Assembly (NCBI GenBank): GCA_964016885.1
Contig: OZ024756.1
Location: 26,288,001 to 26,352,000 of the forward strand
Length of the DNA stretch: 64,000 bases
DNA from: Eledone cirrhosa
Lineage: Eukaryota
Reading direction: 5' to 3'
Positions 29,801 through 40,679 of the stretch are shown piece after piece (position 1 is the stretch's first letter; each line of letters begins with the position of its first letter). The notes beneath the pieces were generated by a model that saw only the letters and a list, made by a program, of their open reading frames with translations, made no database searches and was not told the DNA's origin. The position numbers and the translations under genes are program-made.

Positions 29801-32800
29801 AGGCTAGTTATATAATGAGTATGATTGGCAACCCACATATTGTACTGTTTGATGAGCCCTCAACTGGAATGGACCCCAAATCAAAGCGGTTTATGTGGTG
29901 AGTACATTTTTTGGTTACATTAATTTTTTCATTATCATGTTTCTAATGAAAGACTGCTTATGGCTTTCAAATAATTTAGAAAATAATCAAGAATTTAGAG
30001 GAATTTAGTAATATAACTAATTTCATTATTAATGTGGTATTTGTAACATAACTTAACAAAGGTTCTTACATAAAATTATAATGGATTTAAATATATATAA
30101 ACACTTTAATCTTTGCGTTAGCATGTTTCTAATGAGAGGACATGCTATGATTCTCAACAAAGTTTGAATATTATCCAGAATTTGGAGTGCTTTAGTAATA
30201 TAACTAATTTTCTCATTTATGTCTGGAGTATAACTTAACAAAGGGTATTACATAAAATTATGAGGGAAGGTTTTACATCATTGAACGAATGATGTAAAAC
30301 CTTCTACTTTTTCTTACTTTTTATTCATTTTATCCCTACCCCTAGAAATTGAAACCTGGTGAGAATTATCTAGAACAGGGGTGGGAAAACTACGGCGAAT
30401 TAATAAAAAGAATAAAAATCAATAAATTAAAAGAAAACTTTGTTTTGAGATTTTTGTATTTAATCATTTTATTAATTTATGTATTATAATAATGTAGTTT
30501 ATATTTTATATTTTCTAAATTCTAACTGAAGAAAAGTAATGTTACTGGCACACTATATCCAATAATAAATGGTGCGGCCCTCTGGTGTTCATGACCCAGT
30601 CAATGTGGCACCCGATCCAAAAAGGTTTGCCTACCCCTGACCTAGAGCATCCTCCGATGGTAACTCAGATGATGCCAAAGGGTATATACCACCAAAATTC
30701 AATATTAATTCTTAGCATAACATATGTATATTTCATCATGGCATTCTTAAGTTTCATCAACTCTCTCTGTAGACATTTAGTGTATTAAAGAATGTTTTCA
30801 AATAAATGTAAACTCTTTAAAACATGTTGTGCAAGAATATTTTTTCGTTTGAACAGGGACATTATAAGTGCAAACTTCCAAGACTCATCTAAAGGTGCCA
30901 TTTTAACGACTCACTACATGGAGGAAGCAGACACACTTTGTTCGAGAGTTGGTATCATTGTCAATGGAAAACTACAGTAAGTTCTCAATACAGACTTTTA
31001 ACAGAGGGATGAAACAGGTATAAGTGTAATACGTACACGGCCAGAACTGTCTCACCTCTTTCTGTTCAAACTGGCTGTAACCAGCCACTCATACCTACAT
31101 TAAGGTATTGTTCTCGAAATAAATAACATCAAAATCTCATAGATTCGATATTATGTGAGATAATTATGTAGGATAAAGTCTTTACCATGAAAATACAATA
31201 GTAAATATAGAATAATGTAAATACTAAAGGGTTAAGCAGGTAACTAGTTAAGGTGCAAGTGAGATATATATAGGAAGACCTTAACCTCGTACTGATGAAT
31301 GATATTCCCTGGTCTTAACTTGTTGACTGCTGCATATATTTCACACAGCTACAGTTATTGTGCCAGGGCTTTTTTTCAAGTAAAATGACTATTTTTTAAA
31401 AACAAACATTTATTAACAACACATATCTGAATGATTGACAAACATCACATCAATAAACTAGTAACCCCATCTAACTTTGAAGTTATGAACTTTTGGAAAC
31501 GAGTTCATAACTTTGAAGTTATGAACTGTTGGAAACTAGTTCATAACGTTGAAGTTATGAACTGTTGGGAAAGAGTTCAAACATGTTAGGACGAGTTATC
31601 TCGTCTACATCACTGAAGAGGCTAATGATGCTTATTACTAAGATTGATAATTGGTGATTGAGCCCAATCATTAGATCATTTATAAGCATCATATTCTAGA
31701 ATTTTTCATGAAATGGCCATATAAGTGAACTTCATACAATTTTGGGTTGATTCTCTCTTTAAGTGAGTACATTTATCATTTGTCATTCTATATGTATGTA
31801 CATAATACTAGTTGTTTCTGAACTAGATATATGAAAAAATTTTTTAATTTGTATCAATTATGCTCTGAGCTTAATGTTCAATGAGCTTTCCTTGTTGAGT
31901 AACTTAATACACATTATATATGTATAGATTTAACCTAATTATATATATATAAATGTGTGTGTGTACAACTACCTACCTATTGTATGCTACAGTATTCCAG
32001 TATTCTATCTTCAGATGTATTGGCTCCACTCAGCAGCTAAAAGAAAAATATGGCCATGGTTATCAACTGGAAGTGAAACTCAATGTGAAAAATAACACAG
32101 ATATTGGGGAAAGCTTCCATAGGCTTGAGTCACACTTGCTCACACTCTTCCCAGGCATGAAAATTGCTGAGTCACTCATAGAAAGAAAGATTTATAAAGT
32201 ACCCAGCAGCGAGGCAGTGCCTTTATCAAGATCATTTGCGTTGTTACAAGAAGGTAATTTTTGGCAAATTTTTGAAATTTTTTTCGTGGTGGGTGGGGGA
32301 GCATTTATATAATAGTGAAAGCAACAACAATGAAAGCAATAACATCACCATAATACCACCACCACCACCATCACCACAACCAACATAGCCACCGCCAAAA
32401 CCACCACCACCAAAATCACCACCACTAGCAAAACAACTACCAAAACCATCACTTACATCACCACAACCACCACAACCACAAAAATCACCACCATAATCCC
32501 ACCACCACCACCATCACCACAACCAACATAGCCACCGCCAAAACCACCACCACCAAAATCACCACCACTACCAAAACAACCACCAAAACCACACTACACA
32601 CCACCACCCACAACCCCCAACATCACCACCACCACCAAAACACCACCAAACCACATTACATCACCACAACACCACAACCACCAAAATCACCACCACCACC
32701 AAACAACCACCAAAACCATCACTACATCACCCACCCCACACCACCCACCACCACCCCCACCCTACCAAACACCACCACAACCACACCACACCACACCCCC

Positions 32801-35800
32801 CACCACAACCCCCAAACCACCACCACACCAAACAACCACCAAACCACACCTACACACCACAACCGCCAAAATCACCACCACTACCAAACAACCACCAAAA
32901 CCATCACTTACACACCACAACCACCACCACCACCACCAAAATCACCACACTACCAAACAACCACCAAACCACCACTACATCACCACAACCACCACAACCA
33001 CCAAAACACCACCACACCAAACACCCACCAAAACCATCACTTACATCACCACAACCACCACCACCACCACCAAAATCACCACGACTACCAAAACAACCAC
33101 CAAAACCATCACTTACATCACCACAACCACCACCACCAAAATCACCACGACTACCAAAACAACCACCAAAACCATCACTTACATCACCACAACCACCACC
33201 ACAACCACCAAAATCACCACCACTACCAAAACAACCACCAAAACCATCACTTACATCACCACAACCACCACCACCACCACCAAAATCACCACGACTACCA
33301 AAACAACCACCAAAACCATCACTTACATCACCACAACCACCACCACCACCACCAAAATCACCACAACTACCAAAACAACCACCAAAACCATCACTTACAT
33401 CACCACAACCACCACCACCACCACCAAAATCACCACGACTACCAAAACAACCACCAAAACCATCACTTACATCACCACAACCACCACCACAACCACCAAA
33501 ATCACCACCACTACCAAAACAACCACCAAAACCATCACTTACATCACCACAACCACCACCACCACCACCAAAATCACCACGACTACCAAAACAACCACCA
33601 AAACCATCACTTACATCACCACAACCACCACCACAACCACCAAAATCACCACCACTACCAAAACAACCACCAAAACCATCACTTACATCACCACAACCAC
33701 CACCACCACCACCAAAATCACCACCACTACCAAAACAACCACCAAAACCATCACTTACATCACCACAACCACCACCACAACCACCAAAATCACCACCACT
33801 ACCAAAACAACCACCAAAACCATCACTTACATCACCACAACCACCACCACCACCACCAAAATCACCACGACTACCAAAACAACCACCCAAACCATCACTT
33901 ACATCACCACAACCACCACCACAACCACCAAAATCACCACCACTACCAAAACAACCACCAAAACCATCACTTACATCACCACAACCACCACCACAACCAC
34001 CAAAATCACCACCACTACCAAAACAACCACCAAAACCATCACTTACATCACCACAACTACCACCACCACCACCAAAATCACCACGACTACCAAAACAACC
34101 ACCAAAACCATCACTTACATCACCACAACCACCACCACCACCACCACCACCAAAATCACCACAACTACCAAAACAACCACCAAAACCATCACTTACATCA
34201 CCACAACCACCACCACCACCACCAAAATCACCACGACTACCAAAACAACCACCAAAACCATCACTTACATCACCACAACCACCACAACCACCAAAATCAC
34301 CACCACTACCAAAACAACCACCAAAACCATCACTTACATCACCACAATCACCACAACCACCAAAATCACCACCACTACCAAAACAACCACCAAAACCATC
34401 ACTTACATCACCACAACCACCACCACAACCACCAAAATCACCACCACTACCAAAACAACCACCAAAACCATCACTTACATCACCACAACCACCACAACCA
34501 CCAAAATCACCACCACTACCAAAACAACCACCAAAACCATCACTTACATCACCACAATCACCACAACCACCAAAATCACCACCACTACCAAAACAACCAC
34601 CAAAACCATCACTTACATCACCACAATCACCACAACCACCAAAATCACCACCACTACCAAAACAACCACCAAAACCATCACTTACATCACTACAACCACC
34701 ACAACCACCAAAATCACCACCACTACCAAAACAACCACCAAAACCATCACTTACATCACCACAACCACCACCACAACCACCAAAATCACCACCACTACCA
34801 AAACAACCACCAAAACCATCACTTACATCACCACAACCACCACCACCACCACCACCAAAATCACCACGACTACCAAAACAACCACCAAAACCATCACTTA
34901 CATCACCACAACCACCACCAAAACCACCAAAATCACCACCACTACCAAAACAACCACCAAAACCATCACTTACATCACCACAACCTCCACCAAAATCACC
35001 ACGACTACCAAAACAACCACCAAAACCATCACTTACATCACCACAACCACCACCACCACCACCAAAATCACCACGACTACCAAAACAACCACCAAAACCA
35101 TCACTTACATCACCACAACCACCACCACCACCACCAAAATCACCACCACTACCAAAACAACCACCAAAACCATCACTTACATCACCACAACCACCACCAC
35201 CACCACCACCAAAATCACCACGACTACCAAAACAACCACCAAAACCATCACTTACATCACCAGAACCACCACCACAACCACCAAAATCACCACGACTACC
35301 AAAACAACCACCAAAACCATCACTTACATCACCACAACCACCACCACAACCACCAAAATCACCACCACTACCAAAACAACCACCAAAACCATCACTTACA
35401 TCACCACAACCACCACCACCACCACCACCAAAATCACCACGACTACCAAAACAACCACCAAAACCATCACTTACATCACCAGAACCACCACCAAAACCAC
35501 CAAAATCACCACCACTACCAAAACAACCACCAAAACCATCACTTACATCACCACAACCTCCACCAAAATCACCACGACTACCAAAACAACCACCAAAACC
35601 ATCACTTACATCACCACAACCACCACCACCACCACCAAAATCACCACGACTACCAAAACAACCACCAAAACCATCACTTACATCACCACAACCACCACCA
35701 CCACCACCACCAAAATCACCACGACTACCAAAACAACCACCAAAACCATCACTTACATCACCAGAACCACCACCACAACCACCAAAATCACCACCACTAC

Positions 35801-36258
35801 CAAAACAACCACCAAAACCATCACTTACATCACCACAACCACCACCACAACCACCAAAATCACCACCACTACCAAAACAACCACCAAAACCATCACTTAC
35901 ATCACCACAACCACCACAACTACCACAACCACCACCACTACCAAAACAACCACCAAAACCATCACTTACATCACAACAACAACAACAACAACAACACCAA
36001 CAACAACACCACCACCACCAACAACAACACCACCAGCAACAACACCACCACCAACAACACCAACAGCAACAACACTACCAACAACACCACCAACAACAAC
36101 ACCACCAACAACACCAACAGCAACACCAACAACAACAACACCAACAACAACAACACCAACAACACCAACAGCAACACCAACAACAACAACACCAACAACA
36201 ACAACACCACCAGCAACAACACCACCAACAACAACAACACCACCACCACCACCACCAG

Positions 36259-36314
<56 letters not shown>

Positions 36315-36666
36315 GCAATCTTTTATTTATTTTTTCTTATTTTTTCTTTCAGCTAAAAATCTCTTTGATATATCTGAGTACAGTTTCAGTCAGTCAACAC
36401 TAGAACAGGTAAATAAATGTCTTTCTTCTAAATTCTTCTCACTTATGAAAGAAATTAGTTCCATTCAAGGGACCTTAAGTCTTGACGGAGTTGTAGAGGG
36501 CACCATTGTTTTTTTTTAAAACCTGGAGCCCATCCCTCTTAAGGGCTGAACATAGTCGATTGAGAGAGAAAGAGAAAGCTCACCCCTTTTCAGGTCTAAA
36601 CACAGTCGAATGAGAGAGAGAGAGAGGGGGGGGGGAGAGAGAGAGAGGGAGAGAGAGAGAGAGAGG

Positions 36667-36708
<42 letters not shown>

Positions 36709-37371
36709 GAGAGAACTCTGTACAGGATTGGTACTTTATCAACCTTGAGAGGATGAAAGGCAATGTCGACTTGTTCAGGATTTGAACTCAGGGCATTGAG
36801 AGCCGGATCAAATTTGATCCTATGCTCAAGCAATTCTACCAATTCACCGACTTAAACCGGCCGTATCCGGCCAAAATTCTCTCAACTCTTTCTGTTCAAA
36901 CTGGCCGTAATTGGACACTCATACTTATGTTAAGGTAGTGTTCTCAAAATAGATAATTGTTTCTACTTTTGGCACAAGGCTAGCAATTACCCAGTGCATT
37001 ACTGGTACTTTGTTTTATCGACCCCGTAAGGATGAAAGGCAAAGTTAACCTCGGCGGGATTTGAACTCAGAATGACAAGGACCGTAACTCTATGGTCAAA
37101 GCATGGTGTCCGACCCTCTTCAGATACTGCCAAAAGATTTGATATCATGTGAGGTGAGATAATTATGTGAGGTAAAGCCTTTACCACGGAAATACAATAG
37201 TATATATAGAGTAATGTAAATGTTAAAGGGTTAAAGATATGTTAGACATTTCTAATTGCCATCTTATTTTTGCAGGTGTTCCTACAGTTTGCACGGAAAC
37301 AAAAAGATGAAGATGAACCCTGTGATGATGAGGAGGAAGTGGAAACAACAGCTGATGTTGTCACTGCATAA
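786..37371 (+). CDS. ABCA5: Multi-exon ABCA-subfamily ABC transporter (ABCA5-like), 5'-partial; 22 exons in window
   Basis: GT-AG exons with consistent phases join into NBD1 ([35 protein letters not shown]), R1 ([12 protein letters not shown]), hydrophobic TMD2, NBD2 ([42 protein letters not shown]) and [13 protein letters not shown], ending at TAA 37369-37371. ABCA family is certain; the ABCA5-like assignment is from recalled motif similarity. Confidence 0.9.
1027..1327. repeat. Minisatellite built from units like AACTGCTATATGTAATTGCTATATAAATGGCA
   Basis: Directly visible tandem copies. Confidence 0.9.
1435..1960. repeat. ~60-bp minisatellite (CACACCCCAAATTGAGGGCAGGCACTGTTGATAGATTTAACCCCTCCCTCTCTTGC)
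   Basis: About 8-9 copies, more diverged toward the left. Confidence 0.9.
2007..2126 (+). CDS. ABCA5: ABCA exon: NBD1 signature [10 protein letters not shown]
   Basis: ttccAG / GTtagt, 120 nt. Confidence 0.92.
2358..2578. mobile_element. piggyBac-like MITE (~220 bp)
   Basis: TTAA|CCCTTTAGCATTTA...TAAATGCTAAAGGG TIRs; inverted sister copy at 2721-2925. Confidence 0.75.
2721..2925. mobile_element. piggyBac-like MITE
   Basis: TTAA on both sides, CCCTTTAG...CTAAAGGG termini. Confidence 0.8.
3111..3249 (+). CDS. ABCA5: ABCA exon: NBD1 Walker B and H-loop ([10 protein letters not shown]...[12 protein letters not shown])
   Basis: tttcAG / GTaatt, ends in phase 1. Confidence 0.93.
3500..3870 (+). 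mobile_element. RTE-clade LINE 3' fragment
   Basis: AEDREKWR and C-terminal [21 protein letters not shown] zinc-finger-like motif typical of RTE ends; frameshifted. Confidence 0.7.
4487..4577 (+). CDS. ABCA5: ABCA exon: [30 protein letters not shown]
   Basis: ctacAG / GTaaga, phase 1/2; typical ABCA post-NBD1 motif. Confidence 0.9.
4903..4943 (-). ncRNA. Minimal type I hammerhead-ribozyme-like motif
   Basis: Minus strand TCTT-CTGATGA-A-GGAC-tagc-GTCC-GAAAC-ATT-GAGA. Confidence 0.55.
5289..5437 (+). CDS. ABCA5: ABCA exon: R1 domain ([13 protein letters not shown]...HGAEVSF...NKFP)
   Basis: attcAG / GTattt, phase 2/1. Confidence 0.85.
5790..6150 (+). mobile_element. R4/Dong-like non-LTR element 3' remnant (REL endonuclease tail)
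   Basis: [16 protein letters not shown] motif followed by a (TAA)n tract. Confidence 0.55.
6195..6880 (-). mobile_element. Tx1/L1-like LINE 3' fragment in (TAA)n
   Basis: Minus strand CPRC...ET..HALVQCP...LW motif; AATAAA near 3' end; terminal ~220 bp nearly identical to 29470-29690. Confidence 0.7.
6919..7031 (+). CDS. ABCA5: ABCA exon: [10 protein letters not shown] / [20 protein letters not shown], with apparent 1-nt frameshift near 6946-6948
   Basis: tttcAG / GTaatt; the two homologous halves lie in different frames. Confidence 0.8.
8093..8280 (-). mobile_element. tRNA-derived SINE, family A
   Basis: A-box TGGCAGTATCAGT, B-box GAGTTCAAATCCC, core GCCTTTCATCCTTACGGGGTCGATAAAATAAAGTACCAG; more than 20 copies or fragments in window. 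Confidence 0.85.
9930..10286 (+). CDS. ABCA5: ABCA exon: linker and first helix of TMD2
   Basis: ttttAG / GTaagc; QQYVALLK then hydrophobic [20 protein letters not shown]. Confidence 0.85.
10495..10745 (-). mobile_element. RTE-like LINE 3' fragment
   Basis: LARHCIHH...VLWKP...GR...DRDNWR motif. Confidence 0.6.
12088..12215 (+). CDS. ABCA5: ABCA exon: extracellular domain 2
   Basis: tacAG / GTatgg, phase 1/0, compatible with neighbours. Confidence 0.72.
12799..13019. mobile_element. piggyBac-like MITE
   Basis: TTAA duplicated on both sides; TIR CCCTTTAGCATTTA. Confidence 0.82.
13190..13600 (-). mobile_element. Penelope-like element (PLE) reverse-transcriptase pseudogene fragment
   Basis: VIQWF...[22 protein letters not shown], then after a stop and frameshift [19 protein letters not shown]; resembles PLE RT motifs FDIxxFYPSI and FDVTMGSFDGAE..ELVGL; abuts (TA)n. 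Confidence 0.72.
14023..14361. repeat. Perfect 166-bp-arm inverted repeat containing a hammerhead-like motif
   Basis: Arms 14023-14188 and 14196-14361, loop CTGCCAA. Confidence 0.92.
15468..15731 (+). CDS. ABCA5: ABCA exon: [10 protein letters not shown]...VKDRE
   Basis: ttcAG / GTgagt, 264 nt; ABCA N.T..HA.P and V.DRE motifs. Confidence 0.88.
16472..16603 (+). CDS. ABCA5: ABCA exon: [14 protein letters not shown] and TM helix
   Basis: ttctAG / GTaagt, 132 nt; Q..SG....YW motif. Confidence 0.9.
16690..17160. repeat. GGT/GTA-rich compound repeat with ~81-bp higher-order unit
   Basis: Visible tandem copies; source of the poly-Val ORF. Confidence 0.85.
17186..17375 (+). mobile_element. tRNA-derived SINE, family A, full length
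   Basis: GGCGGTGAATTGGCAGTATCGG...GAGTTCAAATCCC...AGTAGAAACAATTATT. Confidence 0.85.
17570..17722 (+). CDS. ABCA5: ABCA exon: TMD2 ([12 protein letters not shown]...FSYLISYAF)
   Basis: ttttAG / GTaaca, 153 nt, open frame. Confidence 0.85.
19506..19643 (+). CDS. ABCA5: ABCA exon: TMD2 ([21 protein letters not shown])
   Basis: ttcAG / GTaagt, 138 nt. Confidence 0.85.
19817..19960 (+). mobile_element. tRNA-derived SINE, family B
   Basis: GGCACATGGCTTAGTGGTTAGAGC head, CCTTGAGCAAGACACTT core; relatives at 1-24, ~7320-7445 (-), ~10955-11200, ~39925-40190. Confidence 0.75.
20661..20762 (+). CDS. ABCA5: ABCA exon: VQVQYDF...[14 protein letters not shown]
   Basis: accAG / GTgagt, 102 nt. Confidence 0.8.
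21691..21754 (+). ncRNA. Type I hammerhead-ribozyme-like motif
   Basis: ATTTTGT-CTGAAGA-AGG..CATATT-ttt-AATATG..CCT-GAAA-TATATATA-ATGAAAT; stems I, II and III can all pair. Confidence 0.6.
22632..22829 (+). CDS. ABCA5: ABCA exon: last TM helix and DVAEERALV linker
   Basis: ttgcAG / GTaagc, 198 nt; ABCA DV..ER motif. Confidence 0.88.
22838..23225 (-). mobile_element. SINE family A with triplicated 3' part
   Basis: Three ~105-bp tandem copies of the tail and core, starting 9 nt after an exon donor. Confidence 0.8.
23832..24270. repeat. 151-bp tandem repeat, 3 copies
   Basis: Units start at ~23832, 23983 and 24134. Confidence 0.9.
24383..24604 (+). CDS. ABCA5: ABCA exon: NBD2 Walker A ([16 protein letters not shown])
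   Basis: cacAG / GTgagc, 222 nt. Confidence 0.94.
24617..25437. repeat. Imperfect (CA)n microsatellite block
   Basis: Directly visible. Confidence 0.95.
25935..26172. repeat. Near-perfect 118-bp-arm inverted repeat
   Basis: Loop CA at 26053-26054; one mismatch seen. Confidence 0.9.
26988..27154 (+). CDS. ABCA5: ABCA exon: NBD2 Q-loop ([10 protein letters not shown])
   Basis: tttcAG / GTaagg, ends in phase 2. Confidence 0.92.
27648..28309. mobile_element. Putative solo LTR inserted in a piggyBac-like MITE
   Basis: Termini TATAGCAGTTA / TAACTCCGCTACA (degenerate TG..CA inverted ends); flanks GCCT/ACCT; MITE sequence resumes afterwards. Confidence 0.5.
28388..28463 (+). CDS. ABCA5: ABCA exon: NBD2 signature (KLSGGTKRK)
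   Basis: accAG / GTattt, 76 nt, phase 2/0. Confidence 0.9.
28940..29690 (-). mobile_element. Two Tx1/L1-like LINE 3' fragments in (TAA)n
   Basis: [10 protein letters not shown]...[11 protein letters not shown]...FVERW; related fragments at ~40590-40670, 40985-41135 and 45260-45600. Confidence 0.7.
29803..29897 (+). CDS. ABCA5: ABCA exon: NBD2 Walker B ([20 protein letters not shown])
   Basis: tcaAG / GTgagt, 95 nt. Confidence 0.92.
30376..30639. mobile_element. hAT (Charlie-like) MITE
   Basis: TIRs CAGGGGTGGGAAAAC / GTTTGCCTACCCCTG; imperfect 8-bp TSD ATCTAGAA / ACCTAGAG, matching the Charlie NTCTAGAN target. Confidence 0.7.
30857..30976 (+). CDS. ABCA5: ABCA exon: NBD2 H-loop ([18 protein letters not shown])
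   Basis: aacAG / GTaagt, 120 nt. Confidence 0.93.
32015..32253 (+). CDS. ABCA5: ABCA exon: [22 protein letters not shown]...[10 protein letters not shown]
   Basis: ttcAG / GTaatt; R2 domain motif. Confidence 0.92.
32345..36318. repeat. ~3.6-kb C/A-rich minisatellite (~60-69-bp unit) followed by (CAA)n and (CAG)n
   Basis: Unit CCAAAATCACCAC(C/G)ACTACCAAAACAACCACCAAAACCATCACTTACATCACCACAA(CCA)n. Confidence 0.95.
36353..36408 (+). CDS. ABCA5: ABCA exon: [19 protein letters not shown]
   Basis: long pyrimidine tract, tttcAG / GTaaat. Confidence 0.9.
37276..37371 (+). CDS. ABCA5: ABCA last coding exon: VFLQFARKQ...VVTA*
   Basis: ttgcAG acceptor; VF..FA motif; TAA at 37369-37371. Confidence 0.88.
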   Translation: MFLQFARKQKDEDEPCDDEEEVETTADVVTA

Positions 37372-37612
37372 CAAGTGACATGTAATGTTATCACATTGCT
37401 TTAACCCTTTAGTATTTAAACTGGCCGTATCCAGCTAGAATTCTCTCACATTTTTCTGTTCAAACCGGCTGTAACCGGAAACAACAGCTTATGTTGTCAC
37501 TGCGTAACAAGTGACATGTAATGTTATCACATTGCTTTAACCCTTTAGTATTTAAACTGGCCGTATCCAGCTAGAATTCTCTCACATCTTTCTGTTCAAA
37601 CCGGCTGTAACC
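37341..37612 (+). repeat. 136-bp tandem duplication spanning the ABCA stop codon and a MITE end
   Basis: Copies start at 37341 and 37477. Confidence 0.9.
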
Positions 37613-38288
37613 GGCCGCTCATATTGATGTTAAGGTAGTGTTCTCAAAATAAATAATATTGAAATCTCGTAGATTCTATATTAAATGAGATAAAGCCTTT
37701 TCTGTGAAAATACAATGGTATATATAATGTAAATACTCACGGGTTAAGGTATTGTTCTCAAAATGAATAATATCAAAATCTTATAGATTCGATATTATGT
37801 GAGATAAAGTCTTTACCACGAAAACACTATAGTATGTCTAGAGAAATATGTTTAGAGAAATGTAAATGCTAAAGGGTTAACTTAGAACAAAATTACATTT
37901 TATGTGCCAATCGGTAGATGATTAGTTCTTGTAAATAAATAAACAGGTAAATAAAACTCAAACATACTAACAAAAAAAAAAAAAAAAAAAAAAGAAACGA
38001 AATAATAACAAACACAAATTCCATTTTTATAAAACATAATTTACCACTGAATGCGAGGTAGAGGGATTGATAGTGGAGTGAGAGATTTGACGAGTTTTGT
38101 TGGTTCGATTGGTAGATAGGCTGAGGTGAGATAGCATATATATGTGTATATGTGTGTGTGTACATATATATGTTTGTGTGTGTGTGTGTGTGTGTGTGTA
38201 AACTCTCATATCTGAAGAAGTATCGATTAAGAGTCGGGATCCGATCGCATGATCAAACCCGATCTGATCGATATAGAAAGAAATTGCA

Positions 38289-38342
<54 letters not shown>

Positions 38343-38512
38343 ATACTACTAAAACTGTGATTGCTTGCTTGCTTGTAGTGTAATACAGCCAAAAGAGCGC
38401 ATAATGGGAAATAAAGAGAGAGAAGGATAGAGAGAAAGAGATATAGTGGTTGTGAGAGAGTAGATTGAAAGAGAGAGGGAGAGAGTGAAAGAGAGAGAAG
38501 GAGACTGAGAAG

Positions 38513-38545
<33 letters not shown>

Positions 38546-38784
38546 CTGGTGGTGTTGTTGAATGAAATTATATATATATATATATGTGTGTATATGTATG
38601 TGTTTGTGTGTGTGTGTGTGGGGGGGGGGGCAATCCAATTTCATTTTACATTATATACAGGTCTGTATATTTTAATTATTTAAAAATTATTTTAAAGTAA
38701 CCGTGGTCTAGTATGTAATAAAGTTTCACAAAAAGCAGCAATTCTTATTTTCACTCTATATATACACTCTGCTAACTACAGTTG

Positions 38785-39530
38785 AAGTATCGACTGCTTT
38801 ACAATAGGTTTGTCATTGAATCTGTAGCAGTAGAGACTTCTGGCATTCCGGGCCCCCCAACCACCTCCTTACTCACTGCTCTCGGGACGGAGTTGGATAC
38901 TCGCAAGAGTAAACCCCGCCAATTGGAATGGCTTTCTCCAGTGCCGGCCGCCTTTCACGCCATGCTGCCCTCAACGAGGTCATAGAGTATGGCTTGGACG
39001 CTGCAGGCTTCCCCTCACAGCTCGAGCCGTTGGGGCTGGAGCGAGGTGACGGCAAAAGGCCAGACGGCATGATCATATTTCCGTTCCGCGGTGGCAAACC
39101 CCTCGTCTGGGATGCCACTTGCAGCGACACTTTCTCCAGCTGCAACCTGGTGCAGTCTGCAACTAACCCAGGTTCTGCTGCACGTCGGGCTGAGGAGGCC
39201 AAACTCTCCAAGTACCGGTCGCTCTCCGACAGGTTCGCGGTCGTGCCCTTGGCAGTGGAGACTTCTGGTGTCCTTGGATACCCCCCTACTCACCACAATA
39301 GGTGTGAGCCACGTAAGTTGGAATGGCTCTTCCAGCGCATCTCCCTTACCATCCTCCGGGGAAACGCCTTCTCCATTCTGTCCGCCGAGGCTGTGGGGAG
39401 GCCAGCACTTGGGACCCCACTTGTTCACCATACAGAGAGATGGGGAGGGCGAGAGAGAGATGGAGGGCGAGAGAGAGATGGAAGCGATGACAGTGGGAGT
39501 TCGGCTCTTCCACGTTCGGACTATATCCTT
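38785..39530 (+). mobile_element. CRE-clade non-LTR retrotransposon 3' fragment (restriction-like endonuclease domain)
   Basis: RHAALN...KRPDG...LVWDAT...EEAKLSKY...PLAVETSG motifs; GC-rich; related 3' tail at ~63775-63905 (-). Confidence 0.8.
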
Positions 39531-40292
39531 GTGGTTACATACACTAACTCAAATGTATATAACAGAAAATGGAGATCCCAAATATTATAAAATAGGAAGG
39601 TTTCCAGAGTATTTCAACATGCCTCCTTCGCTATCCGCCTAGGGTTCTGTCAGAGAGTCTTCCCTAACACCGTCTGGACTTGAGCTTGTATAATTGGAGT
39701 AGCGATGTTTGAGTACTCGCTCTCATATTTCCATATCACGACCTCCCTCTTACATATGTACACAGATAGAATTATTTCTACAGTCGCATATGTAAAAAGA
39801 AAACAAAGTATGCAAGGGAAATAACTTCCTACCCATGGGAGTTATTTCCCATGTACTATTTTCGGTTTATAAAACGGTGCGCTATATCAGTAATAACATA
39901 TATATAAGGTATATTTAGCGAAGGTGTGCCTAGTGTTTAGGGCGTTGGACTTATGATTATAATATTGTTAGTTCGATTCCTAGACCGTGTTTTGTGTTCT
40001 TGAGCAAAGCACATCATTTCACATTGCTTTGGTATACTCAGCTGAAAATGAGTAGCTGGGGAGTTTAACCATGCGATGTACTGGCACCCTGTCCAGAGGT
40101 GAGTTTTGTACTTTCTATGGCCTAACGCCACCCAAACCGAGATAACTATGGCCCTGATGAGCCCCCCGAGCTTGACACAGACTTCACGCTTTTAAGGTAT
40201 ATTTGTTTATCAGTTAGATGATTCAAAAGCACCGACTATAACCACACACATACACATGTATACATATATATTTTGTACATATGTGTGTGTGT

Positions 40293-40346
<54 letters not shown>

Positions 40347-40348
<2 letters not shown>

Positions 40349-40531
40349 AAAAAGTATGACCCCGACGGCAGAGCTCAAGCCGTTTCGACGGCTATTACTT
40401 GAAATAGCCGTCGAAAGGGCTTGAGCTCTGCCACCGGGGTCATACTTTTTCTTATTTCCCACTCTACTACCCTAAGTATTGAGTACTCTGGTGCGTTATG
40501 GTCCATCTGGTTCCTTACCACAATTCCTTTG

Positions 40532-40533
<2 letters not shown>
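40347..40533. mobile_element. (TA)n-embedded element with GC-rich fold-back hairpin
   Basis: GACCCCGACGGCAGAGCTCAAGCCGTTTCGACGGCTATT-loop-AATAGCCGTCGAAA...GGGGTC; about 10 relatives in window. Confidence 0.75.
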
Positions 40534-40593
<60 letters not shown>

Positions 40594-40679
40594 GAAAATT
40601 ACCTGCCCTTCCCGTCTTTCCAGAAAGCGGCGGGGCGATCTTCACTGTGGACTCGGTCGATAGCCTGATCCGTTCTACA

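Noticed and set aside
32904-33890. 328-aa Gly/Cys-rich ORF resembling a keratin-associated or shell protein
   Set aside because: It is the translation of an intronic minisatellite on the antisense strand, with no signal peptide or unique sequence.
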